A DNA stretch of 64,000 nucleotides, from contig OX597828.1 of the NCBI GenBank assembly GCA_951406725.2, positions 57,102,001 to 57,166,000 on the forward strand, read 5' to 3'. Below are positions 24,370 through 38,710 of the stretch, one piece after another. Under the pieces are notes generated by a model that was not told the DNA's origin, searched no databases, and saw only the letters and a program-made list of their open reading frames with translations. Source of the DNA: Octopus vulgaris. Its lineage: Eukaryota. The translations under genes were made by a program, and so were the position numbers. Every line of letters begins with the position of its first letter. Position 1 is the first letter of the stretch.

Positions 24370-27143
24370 AGAAACCAATAATGGGAAAATAATACAAATA
24401 TAGATAATATTATCGTAATGACTTTCGTTTACGGAATGCAATCGAAATTTTTAGATCAATGTTTAGTTGTGAATCTGTAATCTTTCAGGTAAATCACAAT
24501 CAATCAACAATGAATTAGATATCTATATTCTGCTATCGTTCGTTTATGTTGAGGTATAACTGGTCACTTAATTTCATAAACACGGGAAACAATGTTTCTT
24601 TCAGTCGTTATGCAGCACAACATATATGAATCTTTCGGAACGAACTTTTGATGAATAAAGATATAATAGTTTTTAATGAGATTTACTGAGAACAAACGCA
24701 AAAAATTCAAATACAATATATTTTATGTCACATCAATCAAAGTTTACATCAATTTAGAAAAACAATAGGTAAATAGTTAATACAAAGGAAATGCAAAATT
24801 AATTGTTACAAATTCTATATCAATTTCAAAATTATTATTTTACAATAATGTTTATATTTAGTTTAAATTTCAAGCTTGTGTACAATATGTGTGAATAAAC
24901 ATAATTGAAGAAAAATGTATAAATTTTTGCTCACATAATTACTTTACAATTTCATAGATACTGACAAAATCGCCTGTATGGAGCTTTACCACTGAGTGTT
25001 ACTGGTCACATAAATACTGAAACAAGACCAGAAAGTTCGTGTTGGAGGGTAAGTCGATTACATCCATCCCGGTGTTCACCTCGTACTCATGATAACGATC
25101 CCAAATAATGTAATATAAATTCAGATAGTAAAGATGAACGAAATACAACTAAGCATTTTATCTGGCATGTTAAAGATTGTGCCAGCTAACCGGCTTCAAA
25201 TCACATAGTATTCAATATACCAAAGTTAATAATGCCTCAAAGTACATATACAAAAGATGCACATTTATGCACAGTTGGAAATAATCCTATATCTTCAAAT
25301 TAGATCTCGCATTTTGCAAATAAATGCTTTCATTACGGCGTGGACTCAAGAATTTCTCCTGAATCATGGTATTGTTATTGTTTTCGCTGTCACTTTCATT
25401 GTTTTGTTATTAATTTTACTGTTTTGCATTCGAAGTACTATCATTAAGAATGTTTAAAAGAAAGGAAACGTACTCAAGTTGTTAGCAATCGTTCTTTTTT
25501 AATAGTATGTAATAATTGTGTACATAATTCTGGATCGTTATGACTTTTTTTCTTTATGAAGAGAGATAAAGTACAATATTGTAAAATTAGGAATTGTATT
25601 GGTAGTAGATAATTCCAGCAATCATTTGAAGGTTACATTGGTGGTGATGTTGCAACACCCCTGTTAGATTTAGAATGATTCTGTTCTACTCATCTACAAT
25701 TTCCCATAAGTTGATATTCGAACTTTTACAAGCAGGACATCCAAGGTCTCATGTATTTGTTATGAGATTTTGTATACATTCAGTAATGTAAAAAATGTGA
25801 TTCAAAGAGTTAAAACTTCCTGCTACATTGCGCGTGTAGATCTTGTGATACATAAAATAGATATTGATGGTGTACTCAGTAATTTCGTGTAAAATATGAA
25901 TAAATTTTGGGGATCATTAAAAGGAATAGCATTCCTGAAGATTTAAATTTTACTGATGTGGATAGTATAAGAATTTGCCTATTTCTTCAAACAATATTTA
26001 GATGAGAAATCGAACTGTCATAGAGGTGTTAGTCAATTTATGTGCCATGTAAAATCTAAACTTGGTAATTTAATTAGAAAATATATCTCATCCACAATAT
26101 AATTCCAGTATTTAATTTACAACGTACTCGTTTTCACAGAAGAGGAAGATATTAATTCATCAATACAGGCTGTTAAAAATCAGTATGCGAAATTCATGAG
26201 ATATATTATACGCTTTAATCCAAGAAAAAATCGTGATTTGTAACTGACAGTGAGCAATTAATTTCTAATGCAATTCGCATATATTAGCGGGCAGATTCGT
26301 AAAGAAATTTTTTCATGTCAATGTGAAAATCATTTTCACATTGAATTTGGTGTATGTGTGTTTATTGCGAAGTACGTGCCAAGTACCTGGGCTGCAAATA
26401 TACCTAAGGAATTCCGAAATGTTCCCAACTGCTAAAGGACAGTAGAGAGCCACGTGTTTCTCGTGGATTACTTAAAGATTTTAATGAAACATTAATCGCA
26501 AATATTCTCATACTACGAAAAAAGAATTTCTTGCAAATGCAAAAGGAATATAAGAAATTAAGTGAACACATTACAAAATATCTTTAACACTGAGAACTGA
26601 TAATTATTGAAATAGACTCTACATTTAACGGGTGTCAACAAACAAAATGACCAACAATAAAAACTTATATCACCAAATTTGTGAGATATTTAGTGCATTC
26701 TCCACACAATCAATTTTTCTGAAGTTTTAAGCTCAAATGCAATAAAATGGTAACCTGGTGTGTTCAATGGTTAGCATATTTGCAAGGTTTATTTTTTGTT
26801 TCAGTTAACACCTGTTCAATAATTTCTTTCGATTTTTGAGAATTGTGTGTTTTGTAATTTAGCGAAACAGAATTTTCAAGTCTGTAGTTGGACAATATTC
26901 TGTGATCCAAGACGAGAATTTTAGAATTTATTAAGAAGTGCGCAAAACAATGGAAACTGCAATTTCACGTGTTTATTAAATATATGAGGTGATGACGAAA
27001 TACTCAAACATTCGTACCAATAGTACTTAATTAGACGATATGTGATTACTGCTATATTCTAAATGTGAGTTGGTCCTTCAGTTCATCTCGTGCAGAATAG
27101 ATGTAATGAGATATATTCCAAATTTACCTCTCATTTATGATTA
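24370..27143. repeat. Array spacer, copy S6 (most complete)
   Basis: Colinear with S1 and S2 and with 15811-16920. Confidence 0.85.
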
Positions 27144-28283
27144 CTAAACAGAGCTTGATAAGGCAATAACGATATAGAGTACAAGGAACAAAACTGTTGC
27201 TGCCAAAAATATCTTGTCTAGCTGTATATATGTTATTCGACGTTTCTTAGAAGGCAGTTTATCTTTCGACTCAATATTTGGTTCATCTGTGTTTCCTATT
27301 ATCCCGATTTTATTTTTCGTTCCGTTTGATTCATTAACGTTTTCTGAATTGGTGTTGGCACCGGTCTGGTGGACGTACAGTTTACACACAATCACTGAGC
27401 CGACAGAAGAAAGTCCGCTTACGAGTGTCAGAATTAATAGATATATTAAATATATAGAAGGTTCACGCGAATTGTTACCCAGTTTTTTCTCAGTTTCAGA
27501 AAGATAAACAATATTTGCGAGAAAAACAGTAATTGCAACAGAAACTTTCTCTCCAGATTCAGCTGGTAATAGAAAGACAGATATGATTAATAATGTTAAC
27601 ATAATTGGGGGTATAATGGTGGTTATGGTTGCACTAGAAATGTTTCTTTTGCTGTGAACAATAACACCGGCTGTTATGATGCCGTCTTTTGTGATATCCT
27701 TGTCTTTAAAACTGTACTGCCATTGAGTGGATGCTGGATTATATGTCACATTGTACACAAAATTATTTAAAGTTTCTTCCGTGTTAACCTGGTGTCGAAA
27801 ACAAACAGATATTTCACAATTGTGTTCATCAAAAGGATATTTTTCAACGTTAATATCGCAGTAAGTATTGAAAATTCTGTCTATATAGAGAGACGTATTT
27901 CCATTACTTGTTAGCGTGACTCCTGTATCTCCATCAAATGTGAATTTGCCTGTAGCGCTATTACATATTTGTACGTTAGGGTACCACACTTTCTCTAATT
28001 GAGTTTTAATATAGCTTACGTTTTCTTTTTCTTCTTCCCAGTTAAGATTAGCATCATACCACGATAATCCAAGTATCAGATTACTTGTCATTAAGCCTTT
28101 TGCAATTTCAAATTCAAGAATGTTCTTTATTTCCAGTGATACATCTACGTATATTACATTGTCATCATTTAAAACGGGTCTCTGAGACTTCTCATAGTTT
28201 CTAAATATCTTGTCCTCTAAGTCCTTCTTTTTTGAAGCAACTACTCCGATGAGCATTAAAGTTAAACCAAAGATTAATTTCAT
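27144..28283 (-). CDS. Intronless chemotactile-receptor-like pLGIC subunit, copy 6, 379 aa
   Basis: Intact ORF from ATG 28283, with about 26 aa differences from copy 4 by manual comparison. Cys-loop CDINVEKYPFDEHNC, GEK M2 motif and four TMs. Confidence 0.95.
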   Translation of the reverse strand: MKLIFGLTLMLIGVVASKKKDLEDKIFRNYEKSQRPVLNDDNVIYVDVSLEIKNILEFEIAKGLMTSNLILGLSWYDANLNWEEEKENVSYIKTQLEKVWYPNVQICNSATGKFTFDGDTGVTLTSNGNTSLYIDRIFNTYCDINVEKYPFDEHNCEISVCFRHQVNTEETLNNFVYNVTYNPASTQWQYSFKDKDITKDGIITAGVIVHSKRNISSATITTIIPPIMLTLLIISVFLLPAESGEKVSVAITVFLANIVYLSETEKKLGNNSREPSIYLIYLLILTLVSGLSSVGSVIVCKLYVHQTGANTNSENVNESNGTKNKIGIIGNTDEPNIESKDKLPSKKRRITYIQLDKIFLAATVLFLVLYIVIALSSSV

Positions 28284-29312
28284 TATGTTCAATAAACAGC
28301 GAAATTAATACTTCAAAATGTTTCCTGATCTCTTTCACGTTCAATATGTTTATGGTTTTGGCAATGTTTCTGCGTATTAGAAATATACGTGTAACCTGTT
28401 TATATGTATTTTTTTGTTTCTGCTTATCTTTGTTCTTATGTGTGCATATATATCGCAAGTATTCTATTTATGACTGTGTAAATTTTGAGAAAGAAAAAAT
28501 ATATGTAATTGCATTTAAATATGAACCGTCTGAAATACCTTATGTTTATCTTGTGGAAGATAATCAAGTGAAATCTTGATCACAACTACAATGGACTATA
28601 CCGTGAGTGGCATTAGTGAACAATCTATCTCCAGTTCAAAGTCGCAACGTAGTAATATGTGATGATATCGAAGGTATTTATACTAAGATCTTACTCATTT
28701 ATATATGCTGTGATCTTCTATTCTCCTCCAGTCTCCTTCTGTTTTTCCTTTTTGCTTATTATCCTTTGGGTATCTATTTATGTGTCTATATAACTCATAG
28801 TTTATTTCCAACCAGAACTACTTGATATATTACAGAACTACAATAAGTCAATATTTTTTATTGATACAATAAACATATTATTTCATAATGTTTAGCTTTG
28901 CTTGTAAAGAATATATTGCGAGTAACAGATATTAATTTTAGATTTCCCATTAGAATATTGTCAGTGGATATGGTGAAATACTGAGATCATATTGTCAACA
29001 GGAAATTATTGACCCTCTTTGATGTGTATTGATGAAACTTATGATCAATAATCACAACCACGAAGGTGTCGTTAGCGGGTTTGCTTTGGAACATTGGAGC
29101 TTTGTACTTGATTCCTATGGGTTAGTTGCCTACGAATATTATGACTTTTGGTAAGTATTCTACGTGGAATTAAAAGAATGCGCTTGTATATGTTTGTGTG
29201 TACACGCGCTTGCACGTGTGTATACATATCTATGTAAGTGTATGTGTGTGCAGGTGGACGTGTCCAGGTTCATTTCTGTAATATATAATAATATACAAGC
29301 ATGTATATATGC

Positions 29313-29350
<38 letters not shown>

Positions 29351-29559
29351 TTATATAATATTATATTAAATTAGAGACAAAACCACTATTAGGCAAATCG
29401 AATTTGTATTGGCTTAAGTCTTTCATTGTTTGATTTGCCTAATAGTGGTTTTGTCTCTAATTTAATATAATATAATATTTTACTATAAAATTGGATTCAA
29501 TCCTAAATCTGATTTTTCCCTGTAAGTTTGGTTTACTCCCTATATTTATTATATATTTT

Positions 29560-29623
<64 letters not shown>

Positions 29624-29808
29624 GGGAGTAGATCCAAACTTAAGGGAAAAATTAGATTTAGGATTAAATCCAATTTCACAGTATTTTATATTTTATATAT
29701 TTTCTATATTGTATTAATTATGTTTATATTTATGTTTTGGTTTATGTTTTTCATCGTTTGATTTGCCTAATAGTGGTTTTATCTCTAATTTAATTTATAT
29801 ATATATAT

Positions 29809-29862
<54 letters not shown>

Positions 29863-30310
29863 AAGAGAAAGAGAGAGAGAGGAATGCCTTAAAAGTGTCA
29901 ATTTTTATATACTGTTAAAATATAAAAGCTCTCATAAGTTGATGAAAGACTGTTTATTATTGATTTTTTAATTATCTGCTTTGTTATTTAATGAATATTC
30001 TTAGACAACAGGAAAGGAAATTTCGTCATTCGCTCCCTCTCCCTTCTTGGGTATACGGGATATTATTTTTATACGCCACTTCGGAATTTACAATAAATAA
30101 ATGAAAGTTTTGAGGGTGACAAATTTTTATCGGATTAATGTAACACTTTTCTTTTTATTGGTTGCGGTTCATAGCTGTCGCCATGCTGGGACACTGAAAT
30201 TTTGCTACAATGTTATTATTGAGAGCATCAGCTGATTTGTGAAGTTGGTGAATAAATGATTTTTCACTTTGCTGCTCTCATTTGCACTTCCTGCTGTGAG
30301 GTAGGTCCAT
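28284..30310. repeat. Duplicated 5' flank, copy U6; right boundary of recognisable array homology
   Basis: Matches 19625-21140. Similarity ends at GTAGGTCCAT followed by (CA)n. Confidence 0.85.
29350..29800. mobile_element. Rearranged AT-rich insertion with nested inverted repeats inside (TA)n; Penelope-like remnant
   Basis: Perfect 42-bp inverted repeat 29358-29399/29432-29473, a second inverted pair about 29488-29545/29620-29677, and a direct copy at 29749-29795. Absent from the paralogous flank at about 20650-20700. Confidence 0.55.
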
Positions 30311-31699
30311 AACACACACGCACACACACACACACACACACACATACATATATATATATGGTTACATGAAATCACCAACTCTGTAAACAACATAAAATCC
30401 GTAGACTAAGAGAGTTAAATACGCAAACAACGAGAGAAAAAATTGGAAAACACGACACATAAACACAGAGAAACGTCACTTCGTCAGTTGTCGGCTGTCT
30501 ATCTACTCCTCCTTTTGAGCTTTCAACAACAACAGAAGTCTCCCAAATATAGTTGCTCACGTAAATTCTAAATGAAATTCAGGATTTATGTAGGGTTAAA
30601 GTTAGGAACAGAAACAGAAAAGGGGAGACATACAAGGAAACCGAACGAAAACAGACATGATGGTTTGTTAGACGAGAATGAGAAGAAAATAGTGAACGCC
30701 GGGTGAACTATTTTCTTTGAAAATAGAAATGTGAAAAGATAGAAGAGAGAGCAAAATGTCCAGTCCTTTGAACGTCACAAAGCGAAACAATATCTAGACA
30801 AAAATCAATCGATAATTTTACAACTTTTGCTGAGATTTTTCAAGAGTAACCACTGTAGTTTTGCTCAGAGAGCAACACTAAAGATGTTGCTAGCTTTCCA
30901 CCGCAGATGAATATTAATTACCTTAGGCACTATTATGCCCTGAGCTCTGGTATTGATATAGTAACGATAAACGACTTCCTCTTTCACACATCTGATCAGC
31001 TGCCATATTGGGTAAACATAGTGCGGTTTTTAGTACTACGTAAAATGTGTTACATTTAATGCAACTAACTCTTTTAACCCATTAGTTGTATTAGCGACGA
31101 ATCATTTGCCATCACCCAATGAGATGCTCTCACTCACCATTTCAATGTATAAAAATTAAACACCATTGCCAGCACATTGCAAGTCATATGCGTTCTCTGC
31201 GTTTCCAAAACGATGTAGATGTTTGTATCTAGGTGACTCCATAAGAAGCATTCCCAGTGTGACAAGCTACTATGTTTCATTGTCCTAAACTATCCCTATT
31301 CCTTTTTACTTCTAATTGCTTTAACAATGCACAAAACTAATTCACACCATATTACAACATTTTATCTCTCCTGTTTTATTTCCAAATGCATTCAGGTGCC
31401 AAATGTAGTAAATATTTTCTATTTATGTCCAGAAGGTGATCTATCCAAATGGATTTATTGCAGCCATCATTCAGATGTACTCGTTCAAATTACCCAATAT
31501 CTTCTACTTCATATTTCTGCGACTGTATAAACTAAAGTAACTTAATAAACATGCGAGAATACCTCACACTAAGCACAAAGGCTATACAAATGTTTTATGT
31601 ATTGCATACATGCTACTCTGACACGTATATAACACGTGACTGAAGCAATTTAAGTTCTAGAGGGTACTCGCTGAGGTTGGTAGTATCATGGCAGTTGCT

Positions 31700-32680
31700 A
31701 CGCTGATACGTTGTATATAATATGAAAGAACATGCAACGTAAGCTTTACGAGTTCGAAACTGTCCATAACATTGCGGAAGCAACTAAAAACATTTGTTAT
31801 GCGAAAAATGAAATCGCATTTGATCAGGGTATATTTACCAGGTCGTTCAAACAATTTCACTCGGGTTGCACAAACCTCGACGATCAGGTAAGAGTAAAAC
31901 TGAAGTTTTTTAGGCTGTGCTCCAAGCCATAGAAGCAAATTCATCAGAAAACACTCGGAGAATGTCAGGTGAGGTCCACACGTCAGAGATCAGTGGGATG
32001 GTTCGTCACATACATGACCTCAGCAAAAGCATTCGGAGCTACCGTATTCTACTTTAGAAACTAATTCTAACTGAAGCACACAGGCCAGTGGATGGTTGTA
32101 AAGAACTCCGGGAAAACCCAAGTTATCTACGTTTCCTCATACGAGGAATAACGTGCGAGGAAAAGTAAACATTTCCCCTCAATCCTAGAGTTCATAAGCA
32201 GCGGTTAAGCAAGGGCCAGCTTCCGGAATCTGTTGCCAAATATGGCCGTTTCAAACAAAAGGTGATGATCTGCATCTTGTAGAATTATGAGAAGATAATT
32301 CTCTACGATTTCAGTCAGAACAGTCGAATTATCGACTCCAACCTTTACTCAGAATAACTGGAGATGACGTATGGCTTGTGCAATAAGGACGCCTGCCTTG
32401 AGTAAACGGAAAGCAACTTCTTTTGCAGCATGAGGACACAATACTATATTCACGCAAACGACACGGAATAAAGTGCAGAACTTGAGGGACTAGATCCTCG
32501 GCTCATTATTTGTTCCGATTCTTGGATCACTCCCTGTTCTCGCAACCCGTCATCAACCAAGAGGAGAGAGAAACTTCAGTAAAATGGTTATTTGCCCCGA
32601 AGGAGAAGAACTGTTATTGGTGTGGCAGAAAGGTGGCTTCAGATAATGCAAAACGTTTTCATCTACTTTAAATGCTAGAC
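31700..32680 (+). mobile_element. Decayed mariner transposase
   Basis: LYEFETVHNIAEATKNIC...FKQFHSGCTNLDDQ (mariner HTH), followed by KVMICI and LLQHED remnants with many stops. Confidence 0.65.
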
Positions 32681-33659
32681 TTGAAGAATAGATACCTTGG
32701 CGAAAAAAGTAATTAATTTACCTAAAATATTGCAAAATGTTCGACTCAGTCTTGTCGAACAATAAGAACTTTTAGCAACACAACAAACCTGTCCACAATA
32801 ATGCAAGCCCACGCTAAAAATTCGTCTTATTACCTACGAATTCGTTTCTTAATCGAATTCGTAATCTTTATAATCGACGGTTAAGTTTCATTTTATCAAA
32901 CGTATCTTCACATATCGACAGTCTCCCGTTATTGAGGAGAAGCTAAGACAATCAATTGAGATTTATCAATCCGCAGGAGGTTTTGTAGAAGTGTTATAAA
33001 ATTCATTTGAATAAGTAAAAATATAACGCTTAGGGATTTCCTCTTTCGCTTACATAGAACAAAACACCAACATCCCTTTTATCTCCATACTTCACTGTCA
33101 GCGATAACTTAAGTCATTTAATCTCAACAAACTGTCTAATGGACTAATTGTTGCCGACACGAATAATCAATAGTTTACTGACATTCGGGATTTTGTCATT
33201 ATGTTTTTAATGCACTGAATCGCCTATAAATCAACTACTCTATTCAGATCATCAAAAACTATACAACTACCCCTCTGTCTCTATCAATTTCTCTTAATGT
33301 TATTGAAGTTCTATTTGTTGGTGCAGAAAATGAATACATTCATTGGGTTTTATTGATGTTTCATTTATTTTGAAATAAATATATAGCTATGTGATTGAAA
33401 CGGAGGACTCTGGAAACAAAACCTCAATGTACTTCGATTACTTGAGTTAACTTCGTCAAGGTATTCAGTGGAAATGGTATATTAGTTTGCATTCATCAGT
33501 ATGTTAATATGCATTCACCAATATATATTCATATGCATTCATTTCTTGCTTTAAAATGTTTCTGATATTATACGTGGCAAAAATATATATTGAACATGTC
33601 ACGGCACGTTCCTTAAGCATAACACACATGCACGCACATATGCACACGTACGCATACAT

Positions 33660-33824
33660 ACATCCAAATACATAGACCTACAGATAGATGCATAGACAGG
33701 CAGACAGAGAAGTAGGCAGACGGATAGACAAGCACAGACAGATACACACAGACAAATCGACAGACGCACGGACAGACAGACAGTCATAAAGACAAACAGA
33801 TAGGCAGACAGACAGATAGATAGG

Positions 33825-33896
<72 letters not shown>

Positions 33897-33940
33897 AGAT
33901 AGACAGGTAGATAGATAGGTAGATAGATAGATAGACAGGT

Positions 33941-34003
<63 letters not shown>

Positions 34004-34076
34004 AGATAGACAGGTAAATAGATAGGTAGGTAGATAGATAGATACATAGATTGATAGATAGATAGAAGATAGATAG

Positions 34077-34116
<40 letters not shown>

Positions 34117-34255
34117 GAAAGAGAGAGAAGGAGAGACAGACAGACATACAGACAGACAGTCGGAGCGACTGAGAGACAGGGAGAGACGGTGAGATAGATA
34201 GATAAACAGATAGATAGACAGACAGTTAGATAGATACTTGATAAAGAAACAGATA
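33660..34255. repeat. (GATA)n/(GACA)n microsatellite array
   Basis: Direct reading; it is the source of spurious SIYL ORFs. Confidence 0.95.
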
Positions 34256-37200
34256 CACAACTATAGGCATACACATATGTACATAGACACTATTAAACAT
34301 CAAAGTGTACATATGTATGTGTGTGTAACCGTAGACATGGGTTCAGCCAAATGATACTTGCCAAAGCTCAATAAGCAAACTGTTAATTCATGGTCATACG
34401 AATCATCACCAACTTTATTGCGACACCTAGTCACAGATATCGATAGAAGATTTTCTAATTTATCCGCGGGCAGAAATACCTTTAACCTGACTCGTCTTAT
34501 TCTAACGTGGCCTCGGGGAGGAGTAGTTCTATCGATGAACTTATGTATATGGAAGGCCCCTCCAAAACACACAATGACACATGAATAACATCAAGAGAAA
34601 GAGCCTTCATTATACATATAAATTTACACTCATTTTCCTAGGATTTTCTTGGTGTTAAATAAATTGCATTTCCATAAAACCCATATATACCATGAACCCA
34701 TCTCTACCCCCACTTCACAATTGCGAGGACAAATACATCCCCTTAGCAAATATCAATTCAAACATAATCCACTAAAATAATGCGCAACTACAAAATGTTC
34801 AACTCACACCCCACTCTGTAAATTCAAAATACAACAACCTAATCTGTAGTATTTTTCGCAAATATAATTTGCGAAAACAAAAATGTCTGCGAGCAGGTTA
34901 TGCATCGCCCCTCCGAAGTTTTTTTTTTCATTTATAACTGCAGTCATGTATAAAGAAAAGACATGTACGGTGTATAACAACGAAATATAATTCAATCAAG
35001 AATTGTGTTTTTTACTCTGTGTTGAAATGTCGTTATTGAATAATTAGTGCGTGATATTTTTTATCATCGTCGAAAGTCCATTAGATGATAACTGGATTGG
35101 GATAACTAGATATTAATTAAATACCTTTTCAATTTTAGTCAGTGGTACGTGTATTTATGGTTGGAGAATGTTTAAAGTGACTGTAACGTGGCTTTTGAAA
35201 ATATTTAAAATAAAATACAGCTGTCAAGGGAAATATTAATTATGTAGTAACCTTGTTAGTCTGGGAATTTTTTCACTATCCTTCTAATTCAGCATAGATT
35301 TATCAAGCTGCAAAACGGGATGTAATACGGGGATATCTCAAGATATTATATTTATATTAAAATATGCTTTAAATATAAATCGTACAAATTTAACTGTAAT
35401 GCGTTACTATATTTGATATACCAGACATTAACTGACCACTTTGGGTTCACACGCCGTGTGAATGGTATGGGGACTAACGAAAAATACTCCTATCGCTTTA
35501 TGTGGCACGTCAATAAAATAAAATAATTTTATAGTATAATAATTTCATCATTTACATTTTTTAAAAGACTTTTAATGTACTGGACGATCTGAAACACTTA
35601 GTACTATATTCTAATTCAGGTATTGAAGCAGTGATTTTCAAGGGTATAAGTAAGTCGGTTGGAACGGCTAGTTATTGTCTCGTAATTTATTTTATCAAAA
35701 TGGGAGGGATTAAAGGCAAAGTTTACATCGGCAAGATTTGAACGTAGCATGTAAAGAGTAGCAATTAATAACGCAAGTATTTAATTTTCCGTTATTCCAT
35801 TGAACCTGGCAGCTCACCGACTCTTATGTATGTAAATAATGGGAAGCCTGTTACTTGACATTTTCTGATCTGAAGTACTCATAAAATTATAGCAAACTTG
35901 ATTGCCTGTTTATCATATGCTTGCGAAGGGGTACTTCTTTTCTGTAAAAACCTTAAAAGACATTATTGCAATTTTGCACATGTATAAGTGACGCAAAGGC
36001 ATTTTTGAAATTATCTGGAACTACAAATATAATCAGCCGGGGTATAAAATTATTGCTATATTTTGCAATTTGCAAAAAAATGTGTTAGAGTTCGCACAAT
36101 ACTGTTGTACAATAATGCATAGTTGTAAATTATATAATGGTATATTTTGCGCAATAGTATTCTGGTGCATCAAAGAATTAAAATGATGTAACATAGTCAC
36201 AATGTATGATATAATTCAATGTGAAAATTCGTCTGTCATAATATGATCTAAAATAGAAGTTTATAGTTCGTTTATATTTTTATATTAAAGCTGATGTTTC
36301 CATAAAACTCAATTCATAAAACATTTATATTTTCAATTTAACCAATGAATATGAAATATACTTTCGTCTTTCAAAATATAACCTGAATACAATGATTCTT
36401 TATAACACTGAAAGAATTGTCGTCATTCGACTTTCCCGGATGTCGTCTGGATGAAGTTATATATTATAAATGCTAAGTTATTTGACAATGAATAAGTTTT
36501 TGGTTGAAAAAAGAAAATTAATATGTCACAATTCGAACAAAGATATCATATTTCAGACACTTTGCACACAGAGAAAATACAATATGTGTGGCTAGCACTA
36601 ACAGAAACATACCTGAACCCAAAACATGCTCGATAATGCAGCAAATAGGCCACGTCGTGTTCTACACAGGATTGATTCCAGGATACAAAAACAATGAGGA
36701 ATAGCGCCCTTAATCTGTGAAGGTCCAGCGACAAATGTTCTCCTTTCCTACCCTAACATAATGCACAATACATCAATAACACTTATGATTTATGTCACAA
36801 ACATACTAACACACACAAATACTACAGGTATTTGTTCTTTTGAGGGGTATATGTATGCAATATTACTACGGTGTGGCTTTGATTATTATGCCATTACTGT
36901 TGACACAGACTTAATAATTTAATCACTAGTTCCTTGCTGCACTCTATTTATATAGCCAGAAATAATATTTGCATTATTTATTCATTAATATTTACTTGCT
37001 TGCAATGGAATAGTGCCAGGGTAAGGTGTTCTTTGAATAACTGAATAAAATTGTTCGAAATAATCATCTAAGCAAAGAAAATTCAAATTAAAAGTTGCAC
37101 AATGAAGACGTCTACATATGAATAAAATTCCCTTATTTTGTTTGAAAATTTAATATGAAAAAAGCCTGTTAGTGTTATGAATTTATATAATCGAGCATTT

Positions 37201-38631
37201 GGAAAACAAAGTAACAGCCATAATATATTAATAGCAAAAACGCGTGCCAAATAATCCGTTGAAAATGTGAATACACCCAGAGGCTATCTTAAAATTATAT
37301 TGTTAGATAATGTGTCAATATACGTTTAGTATCATTATCTATTATTCACTTCACAGACATAAGTTTTTAAAACAGGTTCGGGTTTTATAAAACTAAAAGA
37401 ATAATTCTTATAGTTTTCTGTTTGTATCAAAACGTCTCCTTTAAAGGTTTGGAAATATTTATTGTAATTTAGCTTTTCAAAATGGAACATGATCAAAATT
37501 ATTAACAAACTTGTTCAAACATATTCCTCAACCTATTCTTTATATGTTATCAATATAAGTATAAATCTTTCTTGGTACAAGCTTATTTCACTCTGATGCC
37601 CAAAACTAACACTAGAATAACGAACATACATAAATCAAAATATAGATACGATGTATCTTCTCTGATTGAAAGAGAAAATGGAAATTGGAACATAGCCAGT
37701 AACACATTGAACGGGCATTCTATGATACTCTGATAATAAATTACAGTAATGGTTACGACTTATCATCACGGTCAAAGTTGACATCTTTACGGCAAAGTAA
37801 GATTAAAGCAGAAATAAATAGTAACTAGTGTTACATTTATTCCCATCGAATTTTCCGATGATTTATACTTTTGTTTGTTGAGAAATAGCTTTTACCTTGA
37901 AGGAGAAGTTAAAAGCCGTTTTCAGAATGTCATTTTACATTTAAATCCCTATTGATTTTACAATTAGAGTTCACGAAGTTTTCTTCAACATATAACCAAT
38001 TCTAGCAAATATTAGTCATTTGCTCTCGAACATTGTTCTACTCCGTTATGTGACGAAACAACATAGCATTTCATTCAACAACTTCAATGTGACACAGTAC
38101 AAATGCATAATGTTTAATCTTACGCAAATATGTCTATATCATTAATTCTCATAGTTCCCTCATATTATGAACGGTATTTAGGTGTCAGATATTTACATTT
38201 GCAAATATAAATTTTTCTATCATTATTTCAATGTGAGAAGCTTTCATGTCTACACTATTTAAAAGTCACATAAAATCAAATAAAATGAAATTTAATAAAC
38301 TGGAGGATACAATGGAGGATACCTGAGAGATAATGGGTATTACAATTACAAGATATCTCTCGAGATATAATACAAACTAGAAATTTTCATGTGAGATCCA
38401 AGCTTTTATGGTAAAAGTTAATTTCATCTGGTAATGTCAAAATCAAGTTTAATCATATTATTATTCTGCCTGTTCCTTCCTTAGTTACTTAGTCTGTGAG
38501 TTATGTTCTTCATATAATATATAGAAAAATGTTCGTTGTTACTTTTACTTTTCGATACAGATGACGGACAGAGAGGTAGTGAGATAGAAATAGTCAGAGT
38601 GAAAAGAAGACGAAGAGAGTGTGGTGATAGA

Positions 38632-38674
<43 letters not shown>

Positions 38675-38710
38675 GGAAGACACGTATATAGTTAAATACA
38701 TAGACACATT

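Noticed and set aside
30440-30530. CUGACGA on the minus strand as a hammerhead
   Set aside because: No correctly placed GAAA or stem II partner was found.
30950-31530. Possible MULE transposase remnant (TTNGL, IWQLIRCVKEE)
   Set aside because: The motifs are too short and degraded to support without a search.
34358-34588. RT-like motif PRGGVVLS
   Set aside because: Isolated weak resemblance with no supporting neighbouring motifs.
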